The position numbers were made by a program, and so were the translations under genes. A model generated the notes under the pieces. That model was not told the DNA's origin. It saw nothing but the letters and a program-made list of their open reading frames with translations, and made no database searches. From Octopus vulgaris (Eukaryota), in contig OX597818.1 in the NCBI GenBank assembly GCA_951406725.2, positions 104,470,001-104,534,000 of the forward strand: DNA of 64,000 nucleotides. Reading direction: 5' to 3'. Below, piece by piece: positions 13,641 through 26,780 of the stretch; the first letter of the stretch is position 1; every line of letters starts with the position of its first letter.

Positions 13641-14409
13641 GAGAGTTATACACTTTTACCTGATATTTTGTATATAACTGGGTGTCAGCAAGTGGAGCTG
13701 CTGCACATGCGAATAAAAATTCCAAATCGAGTAAGTGAAACAGAGAAAGTGCACGATATATATGCTATTTTGCTTGCTGGACGTCATAATGTAATAGTTA
13801 TGCAATGAGTGATACTCAACGTAGCTAATCGTCAGCCTGGGTTTAACTTAATGAAATGAAGGTTACACTGACGATCGGAATTTCCAACTTAACTTCACAG
13901 TAAGGAGTGTTCGACACTGCATTGATGGATAAATATTCTTTATTAAGGGTTTCTGGAATTTGATTTCATTCTATGATCCAATTTAATGCTCGCGTGATGG
14001 AGACTAGTACCGAACACATCGATATGGCATGACTGAACAATTGTAATGTTGTTTTCACATGAAACCATTGGTCACATTTATACTGGATTTTTATTCTTCA
14101 AGGAGAGGAAATTTTAGGACAAAAGATAATTTATTTTAATGAAATATGTGAGTGCGTGTGTGTGTGTGAGTGTGCGTTTGTGCGTGTATGTACTTCGGTG
14201 CGCGTGTGTGTGTACGCGCTCATGCGTTTTAGTTTGTACGTAGTGCCAACTGCAATTCGTCACAATTATGCGCAAATATGTCCTTTTATGCAAATCGATT
14301 GACGCGAATACTCAATAAAAATTAAAATAATCATGATTAGACTTATTAATTTGCCAATACGAACAAACACTACAAACAAAATCTAGTTGCATAATATTAA
14401 TTCAATTTA

Positions 14410-15505
14410 ATTGTTTCGTATCCACGAACGTTGCGGCCTTCTATACAGCTTATCAGACTCTACACAAAGAAAAATTTAACTTTTTACCTTGCGGAGGCAG
14501 GGAAGCGTTAGGCATTTATTTAACAGGCAAATCTAAGAATCTCCTTGACTTGTACTCCCAACATGAATAGTATTTTAAATAACTTACTCAAACCAAGGAA
14601 GCAGTACGGCCCCGATGCGAAGCCGAAGCAGTTACATATGAGGCTACGGTGACACCTAGAACTGGCAATCATATTGCCCTCAATGTACCACCCAACTACA
14701 ATGATGGCCCCGGAGGTGATGACAGTAGTGGAATCAACAATTCTAACGCCATCGACCCCAGTACAAACGCCGCAGACAGAGAAGATGAGCAGTGCGGTAC
14801 CAACGACGGAGAGGAGGTGACCGACGATCCCAGTGTCATTACCACAACCAAAGACGATGGCCAGACCAGTATCATCGACACCGAGAAGGTAACCGGCCCC
14901 GCTCCCTATGTTACCACTAGCGGCATCCACACTACCGGCAGCAGCTACAGCGTCACCAATATGATCAGAGTCAACCACGGTGTTAACAATTGAGGCAACG
15001 ACAGACATACCTCTGGACCAATGCGCCATAATGACAACACTGTTAAGACCAACAACAGCCCCAGGCCCGGTGCCAACACCAAAAATGTGAATATAGCCAG
15101 CCCACAAGTATCGGTAAGCATAGCTTTCAAACGGCACTTCTGCAACCACAAATCATCCTTCAGAGCCTCAGCAAGACGTTTTCTCACGTCCCTGACCAAC
15201 CACATGTGGCACCTCAAAGATCAAGGGACTCCATATGATATCAGATGGAAGGTCATAGAACATCCAGGCTCATATATTAATGGGAGCGGGCGCTGCAAAA
15301 TCTGCGAACCACAGTTATTAAAAACTATTCTTAGCCTGGCGCGTTAAATAATCGTAAGGAAATTCTCTCAAAATGTGTCCATTTCAAGCGCTACCTACTG
15401 GGAAATTTTTGTGCTAGCCTTTTTCCGCCTCCGTGAGATGAAAAGTTAAAATTGTCTTTGTATAGTCAGCTATCCACAAGATTGTAGCTTTCGTGGATAA
15501 GAATC
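14410..15505 (+). mobile_element. Penelope-like element (Naiad-type) 3' remnant with inverted terminal pLTR copy
   Basis: NLRISLTCTPNMNSIL linker at 14529; GIY-YIG C-terminal half FKRHFCNHKSSF...IRWKVIE...RCKIC...NNRKEILSKCVH; 14410-14512 is an inverted copy of 15411-15505. Confidence 0.82.
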
Positions 15506-15599
15506 CATAAGTCACTCAAAAATCAGTGTTCGGCCAAGCCTGACCTTTCTTTCTTGGTTCGACTACCATCCGTGCAACATTTATATTCCTCCCTGTGCC

Positions 15600-15960
15600 T
15601 ATCAAATGTTATGTCCCTACCGTAAGGCTTTACTTCCACACACGCCAGCTTAATTCAATTCGTTCTTAGTCGAAAGACACCCGTTATTAATGTCCCGTTA
15701 TTTGTATTTGTGTATAATTTCTCAGTTTTTTCCGTCCTTCTTTTCGTATACATTCGCTGCTTTCTTCCAAGGAATCTACTGCTCTTAGCTTAGTTTTTCC
15801 TCGGAGCTGGCCATATAGGAGCAAGCTGGAGTATAACCAGCCGAAATTGCAAAGATAATCTGGAACTCGACTGAGGAAAGAAAACTCCGAATGACTCGTC
15901 CTTGTTTACTTTGTATCGTCTGTCTGGATGTTTTGCGTTCGTGTCCCATTTTTGCATTTC
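15600..15960 (+). repeat. Unclassified dispersed repeat ending in (TA)n; rearranged relative at 34345-34565
   Basis: Shared GAAATTGC...GACTGARGA...CGAATGA...CGTCCTTGTTT...CTGGATGTTTTG...GTCCCA blocks; the first part of the 34.4 kb copy is inverted. Confidence 0.6.
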
Positions 15961-15965
15961 ATATA

Positions 15966-16047
<82 letters not shown>

Positions 16048-16099
16048 TATATGTGTATATATATGTATGTATGCATGTATGTATGTATGTATATATATA

Positions 16100-16141
<42 letters not shown>

Positions 16142-17733
16142 TAGATGTTTGGCCAAAAGTCGTCTGACGGTAAATAAAAAACATTTAATTCCATGATTTA
16201 TTTCTTTAACGAATGAATGAATTTAATAAAAGCATCTAAATATGAAACATCACGAAAATTGTTCAAACTGAAGTCGTTCTTGAGCGACACATTTTTCCAT
16301 TCGACTCAATACAGAATTACAGATAGTATTCATGGAATTTTGATCTACTGTCGGATAACTTTGGGCCAGTCTTGTATATATACTTATAGATGTGTGTGTC
16401 TGTAAACATCTATATAAACATACATACATATGTGTGTATGCTTGTGCATGTGTCTGTGTGTACATGTGTATATACTAGTGTGTGTGTGTGTCTTTGTATG
16501 CGTTTATGTGGAATTAATTTATCATTTATACTTTCCACATTCTGTCTTTTCTTCCCTTTCTCTATCAAGAGTATTCTTTCGATTAAGCGCTATTTTGAAT
16601 GAAGTTAGTATAAAACTAATTTTTTCTATTTTTCATCCTCTTATTGTAATCTCACTCTTAGTATATGTTCCAATTTTCGACGCCATCTTTTCGTTCATTG
16701 TTTTTGTGTTTGCTTTTTGTCTTGTTAATTTTATTTTATTTATATACATATATCTTTCTTTTTTTCCCCTTTTCCAACACACTATTCTTTCAGCTGGTGT
16801 GCATTAAGTCTTTTATACTCCTTTAACACAGTATTTCCGGTAAACAAGTTATATCTATGGCTTCTTCAACTTTTCGATTTTCAACGTCGGATAGTAAAAT
16901 GAAATCATAGTCATTTTGTCGCTACAAATGGTCGAATAGCTAGCATTCTTATTGTTATTTTTATTATAGTATAATAATTGTTCTTAATGTTATTATTATT
17001 ATAGCATAATAAAAAACAAGTTACTACTACTACTACTACAACTACTATTACTGCTTCTACTACTACTACTATTAATACTGTAATCATTTCTTTTTATTTT
17101 GCTACCAGGTCTCATTCATACATATAAAAGCATACTTACAATAGTTATTACAAAATATATACATACAAAATTATATAGAAAACGAGTCAAAAGATGCTAT
17201 TCTGTATATTAAGACGATTAATAACTTTGGCTTACAGAAACAAGTATACACACACAAATACAAACACACACACACGAACACACAGAGACACAATATATCT
17301 CTGTGTGTGTATGCATGTATGTATGTATGTATGTACATCATCATTCAGTTATATTTGAAGCTTTCTTGCCGTTAGAAAAAGAACCGATTTCTAACCTAGA
17401 TCCAAGATTCCTTCATTGAAATTTCCACAATATCAACAGGGTATTTTTGTATGTATGTATGTATGTATGTATGTATATATGATTGCTAATTTGTATGTTT
17501 TGTTTTATGTATATCTTCTCATGCATATAGTTGCATATCTAGTCATGCTCATATAATTTCAAATAATAAACTGTACAGATTTTTACAGTTCCAGTGATGG
17601 CTTGGATCTTAGTCTTCGAATCAGCTTTCTCCTTTCTGGTTTTGAGAAGACTAATTTCTAAAAATTGGTATTAAAGCATGTGTTACATATCTCAAAGCCC
17701 AATAATTACAGGTACAAACCTATGTATGTATTC

Positions 17734-17764
<31 letters not shown>

Positions 17765-18001
17765 AATGTATGTATGTATGTATGTATGTATGTATGTATG
17801 TATGTATGGATGGATGGATGGATAGCACAGGTATGTTGAACAACTCTCATGTTTAAACGAGGGGTGGCTTGGGGTCTAAATCCTAACCTTTGACCTTTTC
17901 TAACAAAATGTTTGTTAACCCAATACTTACACGCTATTGCTTATAGCTTTGTCCGTTTCGAGCTGCACCACGCCAAAAGAGAATAAATATATGTGTGTGT
18001 A

Positions 18002-19177
18002 TAGGGTCATCCCATAAATAATGCGGTGTTTTCAAATACATGAACTAAAGTCAGAGGGGTCGGGATAAACTACCTGCATCAATTTGCTATACATGCAGGT
18101 AGTGATTTTTACCTTCTATTTATTCTTAATGCAAGTTTTGAAGAGTGCAGTTCGATTTTAACAGCTATTTTTCAAAGCTATATTGAAATTGACAAAGGAG
18201 CATATTCGGCATATTTTGCTTTATGAGTTCAATAAAGGCAACAACGCAAAGGAAAGTTCGAGGAATATTACTGCAGTATATGGGGATCGGACAATAAGCG
18301 CAAGCCAGTGTCGACGGTGGTTTCCAGAAATCTCGAGCCGGAAACTACAGCCTAGAAGACGAGCTTCATCCTGCAGATCTATAGCGATCGACGAGGTAGT
18401 CCTGCAAACCCTGGTGGAAAAAATCCCATTGTAATTGTCGAGGAACTAGCAAAAAAGCTTGCATTTTGTCATTCAACCATTCATCGACACTTGCATGCCA
18501 TCGGAGGTCTCAGCAAATTGGGTCAATGGGTTCCACACAAACTTTCCGAGTCTAATCGCGCGCAGAGGTGAATATGTGCTCTTCTTTGCCGTCACGTCTT
18601 TTCAACCTTTTCTGGACCGAATAATGATTGGTGACGGGAAATGGGTTCTCTATAAGTATGAGAAACGCCGGCAGCCCAGGCTAAAGGATGTCTTCACCTA
18701 TGGTGTATCTGTTTGGTGGAATATAAAAGGTTAAGTCTACTTTGAAGTTTTAAACCCAAATCAAACGATAACAAAGGAGAGCAAATGCGATCAGGGTCTT
18801 CTTCTATCAGGATGATGCGCGGCCACATACAGCGAGGATGACATTCCAAAGGTTGCTCCAGTTTGAATGGGAAGCGGTGCCCCAAATACCATATTCGCCG
18901 GACATTGCTCCATCTGATTATCATTTATTCTGTAGTTTTCAAAATCATTTAGATGGAAAATACGAATTCTGTACACGAGGTCAGAACAGTACTGGAGGAG
19001 AATTTTTCATCACGGATAAGTGAATTTTGGAAGAGAGACCTTACAAGTCTTCCAGATAGAAGAGCATTGAAGAAAATCAAGGAGGATATATTTGAGATTA
19101 AGAAAAAAACTTTGTTTATCTTAATTTAGTAAAAGAAGAAAAGTATAAAAGACCGCATTATCTATGGGATGACCCAA
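18002..19177 (+). mobile_element. Near full-length mariner with decayed transposase (18183 to about 19100)
   Basis: TIRs GGGTCATCCCATAAATAATGCGGT / ACCGCATTATCTATGGGATGACCC; EHIRHILLYEF, WVPH, IMIGDGKWVLY, YSPDIAPSDYHLF; frameshifted. Confidence 0.93.
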
Positions 19178-19204
19178 CATATATATATATATTCTGATTT
19201 TTTA

Positions 19205-19486
19205 AATTCCTTTTATTTGTTCTAGTCATTTGAATTCGACCATGCTGGAGCACCGCGTTGAAGGGTTCTAGTCGAACAAATCTACACCCATGTCTTTTTA
19301 AAGCCTAGATAATTATTCTTTCGGTCTCCTTTCCTTAACCACGAAATTACAGAGACGTAAACACACCAACACCAGTTGTTAAGCAGTGGCAGGGAAGACA
19401 ATCACTGACACAAAAATACACACACGTACACACAAACACACACACAGACACACACACACACACACACACAGAGACACACATATACT

Positions 19487-19550
<64 letters not shown>

Positions 19551-19589
19551 TATGTATGTACATATTGACAGCAACTGACAGAAGACGGT

Positions 19590-19632
<43 letters not shown>

Positions 19633-19769
19633 ATATATATATATATATGTATGTATATATACATATATGTATATATATATATATGTATGTATATATATAT
19701 ATGTATATATATATATATGTATGTATATATATATATGTATATATATATATGTGTATATATATATGTATA

Positions 19770-19820
<51 letters not shown>

Positions 19821-19975
19821 TCAAACACACAACTGTCTTCTGTCAGTTTCTGTCTACAAATCTTTGGTCGGCCCGAGGCTATAGTAGAAGGTACTCGCCC
19901 GAGGTGTCACGCAGTGAGACTGAACCTAAAAGTATATGGTTGGGGAGCAAGCTTCCTACCACACGGCCACACCCA
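19205..19975 (-). mobile_element. SINE family 2, full length, with about 430-bp internal microsatellite
   Basis: Head at 19830-19975 and tail CCATGCTGGAGCACCGC at about 19240 on the reverse complement. Confidence 0.85.
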
Positions 19976-21461
19976 CAAATTATATATATGTATATTTTCA
20001 TATGAGAAGAGATGGACGGAATTAGTTTAAGTGCTAGTGAATATATAAATCAAATAATGCAACAGAAACATTCAATAAAATTGTGCCTAAACATATTCCG
20101 TTCTATAACAGTTACATCCCTTTATGTCCAGTTTTTCTTTCTGTGTCTTTCTGCATTTGCTATATAGAAACAAACCCACGGGAGAAAGTACTGGATTGAT
20201 ACAGTCAACTAAATCTTTTGAACACAGTTCTTTAACATATCTGGAATCCAATGAGTGAAGCCATATTTTCGAACTAGCCCTTCCTTTATCTAATTTTAGC
20301 AGTATGTGATCTTAGGGAGATGTAGGTGATATGATGTCTGTCAACGACTACTATGAGGTTTCTTGAACCTCTGTGTCTTTGTATTAATTGTATAAAACTC
20401 AACTATGTCCAAATAAGTGTCTGGGGAGATTTATCTCGTGATATTAAAAGTTTTTCTTTTCAGTGATGTAATCGAACAAATCATTACTGAAGAAGCTACA
20501 TGGTAGAACATATAAACAGAAGGTCAGATGGTGACCTTGATATTTCCTCATTGTCGAGAATGTTACCATGACTTCTGAAAACATGGGATCATTCACTAGT
20601 GAATTTGTATAGTAAGAATTCAGAAGCCCAAGTTCGATCACCATAATACCTGATTACACATTGGAGATGTTATTTGATTGCGTCACCTTGTAGTCTGGAA
20701 AAACATAGCTTGTATTCTGGGGTAACATTGTTTCAATACCAGAAGTGTGTTGACATGCCGAGAGACCTGTATGATTGGGAATCCTCACAGTACCTGAAAT
20801 TGAAAACCGTTGTATTCACAGGACATTTGTACTGATACGTCAGAACTACAGAAAGGTAAGAGAACCGAAGTCTGCCACAATCCATCTTCATGTCTTCGTC
20901 TTCGTCAGAGCATGAAGTGTGATAACGTGGTCATTTATGGAATCTGAATCCCTGGGCAAACTTTAAAATCAGAAGGTAAACAACTACAACACATAATATC
21001 ATTGGATTCTCTAACAACTCAAGCAACGTATATGCACGTCATCTCCGAATTGGTGGATTCATTTCTCAGTGAATAAAAAAGAAAGTTGACCTCGGATGGA
21101 AAACACAGAGAGCAAGAACAAATATCGGTAGGCATTCTTTCCAGTAGTCTACCGACTCAATACACTCGCCACTTGAATTCCAATAGTAATCCGCTGTGTA
21201 ATTTCATTTTCTAGCGGATACCATAGATATAAAATTATAGGGTATTATAGATTCTATTTCGTATTTTGCTATGCTAGTTTTTATTTTATAGTCATGTTTG
21301 GAAGACACAATAAAATAATAATATGTGTTTGGCTACAAAATGTGCAACAGGCACTTGGGCGCCAGTGACTGCTTCAACATTTATTTCTCATAACAATCTA
21401 TCTTCAGATGATCTAATATCAGTGAATATGCAGATACATACAAACGTATATGTGCATGAGA

Positions 21462-21511
<50 letters not shown>

Positions 21512-21513
21512 AA

Positions 21514-21548
<35 letters not shown>

Positions 21549-21604
21549 ATAATATATATATATATTTATATATACATATATAGTAACACACGTCAGACAT
21601 AAAC

Positions 21605-22487
21605 CATTACCACCACTTATCAACATCATCATCATCATCATCATCATCATCATTTTCCTCATCATCGTCGTTTTCGTAGTCGCCATCGTCGTCATCATCT
21701 ACTTCCTCCTCATCATCATCATCGTCATCTTCATCGTCGTCATCATCGTCTTCTTCTTCTTCCTCCTCCTCATCATCATCATCATCATATTCATAACCGA
21801 CCCTGGCATCATTAACATCATGATCAACCTCATTTTCCTCATCATCTATATCTGCTTTGCTCATCTCCTCGTCCGACTGCTCTTCGTCTTCGTCGTCGTC
21901 GTCGTCGTCGTCCCACTCATATTTGATATCGTGTTGTCAGAATCGGTAGAGTAGCAAGCACAATGGCATGCGGCTTAACTGTTACGCCTATTCGGGTTCT
22001 GAGTTCAAAACTTGCCTCGGTCGATTCTGTCTTTTATATTCCATGGGGTCGAAAAAATTCGGGTAACTGTCAAGTACACCCTCCAAAACTGTCCCATTCT
22101 ACTTATAAAGGGGTCAATATTATCGTAATCCTACCTTCACTAGTTTCTTTTCTTTCCTCCTTTTTTTACTTATTTTGCATCGTATTGCAAACATCATCAT
22201 CACATCAGCATCATCATAATCGTCATCGTAAACATTAACATCATGATCATAATCACTATCATCGTTATCATCATCATCATTATCATCATCATCAACATCA
22301 TCAGTACCATTGCCTTATCACCACCACCCTCCTTTTTTCTTCTTTATTGTTATCATCGTCATCACCATCATCATCATCGTCGTCGCCGTAATCATTTTTG
22401 TCTCGCTTAATCGGCTATCTTAGCCATCATTAGCATTTCAGCGCAGACAAGTTGGCCTTTAATATCCCTGTGGTCGTCACCATCATC

Positions 22488-22519
<32 letters not shown>

Positions 22520-22640
22520 CGTTGTCATCATCACAATCATCATCGTTGTCATCATCACAATCATCATCATATTCACCGTCATCATCTTGATCATCATCAT
22601 CAAAGTGAGGAACATCATTGTTCTAATGAATATGATCATA
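21605..22640. repeat. (ATC/GTC)n trinucleotide low-complexity tract interrupted by a degenerate SINE family 1 copy (about 21935-22090)
   Basis: Direct inspection; source of the poly-D/poly-M ORFs. Confidence 0.9.
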
Positions 22641-23376
22641 CGTGTCTGTGCGTCTGTGTGTCAGCGTGTCTGTGTGTGAGTCCGTGCGCGTGTGTGTATG
22701 TGTGTGAGTCTGCGTGTATGAGATCGTATCCTCTTTCACAGGTCAAGTTCTTTATATATATATATGTGTGTGAGTGTGTGTGTGTGTGTGTATGTGTATG
22801 TATGTATGTGTATATATATATATATGTATAAGTCTGTGTGTGTGTGTATATATATGTGTTGGTATAAATATCAACACACAAAAATATTTTTTCTTCTCCA
22901 CTTCCTCCCTTATTTTTATTTTTATTTTTATTTTTATTTTTTTATTTTTTATTCTTTATATTTTTATTTATTCTTTATATTTTTTTATTTTATTTTTTAT
23001 TTTTTGTTTTTATTTTATTTTATTTTTTTTAATTTTTTAATTTTTTAATTTTTTATTTTTATTATTATTATTTTTATTTTCCCTTTTCTCTTTTTGTCTC
23101 TCTCCCCTTCTCCAAACACACAGACACACACACACACATACACACACAAACACACACACACGCACACAAAAACACACACAGACACACAGAGACACACACA
23201 CACACACACCTCCACAGAATGATCATAGAAAGTGTGACCCCAAATGACATTTGCCAGGCCAACCTATGCACAACACACACTCAGTGACATTGAAATGGAC
23301 AGCCAAAGTTCTTATAAAACCACAGGGGGTCCAGCAGACCAACGGAAATAACACTTCTTCACTCTCAGATATAAAT

Positions 23377-23458
<82 letters not shown>

Positions 23459-23800
23459 ACATATTTTCTCTCTGTCTCACTTCCTCCTCACCCACTACTA
23501 CGAAACTATAAAAAGGTTCAAACTACCCACAACTGATTTGATTTGAAAACCCACTAGAATGGGAGCAAGCGCTAATCCAAATGATATGATATATATGTAA
23601 AAAATGTAATATATAAATAAATATCTACAAATATGAACCATCTGATCTGATTACCTCAATTTTTCTAATATATATATATATATATACATATATCATAGTG
23701 TCTCTGCACACAACACAGACATTCATAATTTCTTCTTCCTCTTCCTTGAGCTCCTCCTCCTATGCCTCGGTAGTATAACACTCTTCATCATCATCATCAA

Positions 23801-23835
<35 letters not shown>

Positions 23836-23857
23836 ACATCATCATCATCATCATCAA

Positions 23858-23888
<31 letters not shown>

Positions 23889-23919
23889 TTCATTATCATC
23901 ATTATTAACGTCATCGAAA

Positions 23920-24360
23920 GCGGTGAGGTGGCAGAAACGTTAGCACGCCGGGCGAAATGCTTAGCAGTATTTCGTCTGTCCTTACGTTCTGAGTTCAAAT
24001 TCCGCCGAGGTCGACTTTGGCTTTCATTCTTTCGAGGTCGATAAATTAAGTACCAGTTACACACTGGGGTCGATGTAATCGACGTAATCCCTTTGTCTGT
24101 TCTTGTTTGTCCACTCTATGTTTAGCCCCTTGTGGGCAATAATGAAACAAGAATCGTTAGCACGCCGGGGGAAATGCTTAGCAGCACTTCACCTGCACGT
24201 TCTGAGTTCAAATTCCGCCGAGGTCGACTTTGCCTTTCATCCTTCCGGGGTCGATAAATTAAGTACCAGTTACGCACTGGGGTCGATGTAATCGACTTAA
24301 TCTCTTTGTCTGTCCTTGTTTGTCTCCTCTGTGTTTAGCCCCTTGTGGGTAGTAAAGAAA
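23920..24360 (+). mobile_element. SINE family 1 dimer after an (ATC)n tract
   Basis: Two consecutive head+body units. Confidence 0.9.
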
Positions 24361-24854
24361 TATATATATATATATACATGTGGGGTATGCGTGTGTGTGT
24401 GTAATGCATACCGATGTATATATGTGTGTGTATATGCCTGTATTGCAAAAGCACACACACACACACACACTACACACATATTAATATTTATATATATACA
24501 AGCCACTAAATATAAACATACATAGATATACACAAATGTCTGTACGTATTTATGGTCTTAGAAGATTATTTCTCCACTTAGTATTCTCGTGGGTTTCGAC
24601 CAGTAGAATGACCACAGTCCCACATATATTTGTAAGCACACACGCATACCCATGCGTATTTGGCATTACTATCAAAGAAGGCAGTCAGCGTTGAGTGGTA
24701 CTGAGAGCAGGTCTCTAGGGGAAAAAGGCGACTTTTGTCTGGCTGGTTGAAAGTTTTAAATCACGAACGAGATCATACGTAGACACACATACACACACAC
24801 ACACACACATGTGAGTTTGTGTATATCTGCATATATATATATATATACACACAC

Positions 24855-25107
24855 AAATACGGTGTACATTTAAACACATGAGGCGTCCATCATAGGATTC
24901 CTTGCACGCTAGAGAGGACAGTTAAATTCCAAACCACTATTAGGGATAAAATTTCCAAAGGGAATGAAAAGTAAAAACATATACCATTAATTTTTAATTC
25001 CTTCGAAATTTTATCCCTAATAGTGGTTTGGAATTTAGCTGGCCTGTCTACCGTGCAAGGAATCTTATGATGGATGCCTCTTATGTGTTTAAATGTACAC
25101 TATATTT
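24855..25107. repeat. Fold-back inverted repeat, arms about 110 bp, loop about 30 bp
   Basis: GTGTACATTTAAACACAT...AAATTCCAAACCACTATTAGGGATAAAATTTC versus its reverse complement at 25005-25100. Confidence 0.92.
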
Positions 25108-25301
25108 ATATGAATAATATATAGTCTATTGACTAAATCTTTACACGCTAGGACACTGGTAATGGAAATTTCAAATATTTCTAATTACCCTTTGATGTTA
25201 TTATATATACATATATACATACATGTATATATATGTAAAGGTATATATATATAACAATGATAAATCTCAGAGCGAGTTATAAACAGTAGCAGCAACACAT
25301 C

Positions 25302-25402
25302 GTGACGTATATTTGCCATTTGAATATGGCTAACCCCTAAGGGTGGATGCTACTGTAGCATCCACCCTTAGGGGTTAGCCATATTCAAATGGCAAATATA
25401 CG

Positions 25403-25406
<4 letters not shown>
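25302..25406. repeat. Perfect 105-bp palindrome (52-bp arms, 1-nt spacer)
   Basis: GTGACGTATATTTGCC...GGATGCTAC-T-GTAGCATCC...GGCAAATATACGTCAC, followed directly by (TA)n. Confidence 0.97.
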
Positions 25407-25463
<57 letters not shown>

Positions 25464-25512
25464 TAGGGATGACCAGTAAGTGGACATCCATTATGCTAGA
25501 AAATCTTTTAGC

Positions 25513-25580
<68 letters not shown>

Positions 25581-25753
25581 GCTGAAGGATTAAAATTAAT
25601 CAAAGGACATACTAAGTATGTCTACCTGCTGGAAATAACAGTCAAAACTCTTATTTAAATCGCCAAAATACACTGATAATTGCTACAAGACAATTATCAC
25701 AAGGCAAACGGGCAAAGACAATCCTTCAGCATACATCCAAGGATTTGGACTCA

Positions 25754-25802
25754 CGTGGACCGGTTTCGGGACTGCCATAATATCCTCACCCTCCTCAGCA
25801 CG
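25754..25802 (-). ncRNA. Minimal type I hammerhead ribozyme (intact core)
   Basis: CGTG-CTGAGGA-GGG..18 nt..CCC-GAA-ACCGGT-C-CACG: stem I 4 bp, stem II 3 bp, palindromic stem III, GUC cleavage triplet. Confidence 0.8.
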
Positions 25803-25892
25803 CCTTACCATTATGGAGAGCCCCAACTCGTCAGGTTAAATTCTGCGCTGCAACTGATTCGTTTGGCGTCGAATCCTAGCATCGTGGTAACC

Positions 25893-25941
25893 CATGCTGA
25901 GGAAGGTGAGGCCATTATGCCAGTCCAGAAACCGGTCCATG
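25893..25941 (+). ncRNA. Minimal type I hammerhead ribozyme (stem II closing pair broken)
   Basis: CATG-CTGAGGA-AGG...CCA-GAA-ACCGGT-C-CATG. Confidence 0.7.
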
Positions 25942-26241
25942 TGAGTCCAAATACTTGAATGTATGCCGAGAGATCCTTAGCCCGTTTGCCTTCGGACGGT
26001 TGATTTCTGTAGCTATTATCAGAGTATTTCGGCTATTTAAATAAGTGTTTTGGCTGTTATTTCCAGCAGGTAGACATACTTAGTATATCTGCTATTTAAT
26101 GCCGTTTTTCGGCCTACAATCACCTATATTATTCAGTATAGGAGATAGCTGGTTTCGCTTAGCTCATCAGTAGTGACAAGTATATGTACTTGTGCGTCGG
26201 GGGTGCACTTTTTTCACGCATCTCATTCTGACACTGTGTGC

Positions 26242-26304
<63 letters not shown>

Positions 26305-26382
26305 CGCGTGTATGTGAGTTTCTGCATGCGTGTGTGTGTGTGTGTATACACTCATTAGTCCTTAATATCCGAATACGTATAA

Positions 26383-26780
26383 GGCGGTGAGCTGGCAGAA
26401 ACGCTAGCACGTCGGGCGAAATGCTTAGCAGTATTCCATCTGCCGTTACGTTCTGAGTTCAAATCCGCCAAGGTCGACTTTGCCTTTCATCCTTTCGGGG
26501 TCGATAAATTAAGTGCCAGTTACACACTGGGGTCGATGTAATCGACTTAATCCGTTTGTCTGTCCTTGTTTGTCCCCTCTGTGTTTAGCCCCTTGTGGGT
26601 AGTAAAGAAATAGGTATTTCGTCTGCAGTTACGTTCTGAGTTCAAATTCTGCCGAGATCGACTTTGCATTTCACCCTTTCGATGTCGATAAATTAAGTAC
26701 CAGCTCCATACTGGGGTCTATCTAATCGACTGGCCTCCTTCCCATAAATTTCGGGCCTTGTGCCAAGAGTAGAAAAGGAT
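26383..26780 (+). mobile_element. SINE family 1 (full unit + head-truncated unit)
   Basis: GGCGGTGAGCTGGCAGAA head; same body and end as 575-940. Confidence 0.9.

Larger units (their letters stand above)
25609..26086. mobile_element. Fold-back element (arms about 200 bp) carrying two inverted hammerheads; likely Penelope pLTR-derived
   Basis: ATACTAAGTATGTCTACCTGCTGGAAATAACAG...versus...CTGTTATTTCCAGCAGGTAGACATACTTAGTAT; arms imperfect. Confidence 0.85.

Noticed and set aside
14520-15149. 209-aa minus-strand ORF
   Set aside because: Antisense shadow of the Penelope-like linker region
15868-15903. CTGAGGA...CGAA hammerhead-like motif (also at 34435-34470)
   Set aside because: GAAT instead of GAAA and no consistent stem I/III
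20444-20653. Resemblance of SGIMVIELGLLNSY to the alpha-2-macroglobulin/CD109 receptor-binding motif
   Set aside because: Short, eye-level similarity with mismatched spacing; not enough to name a gene
21381-22679. Poly-Asp/Glu and poly-Met ORFs
   Set aside because: (ATC)n/(GTC)n trinucleotide tracts interleaved with SINE debris; no splice or domain evidence
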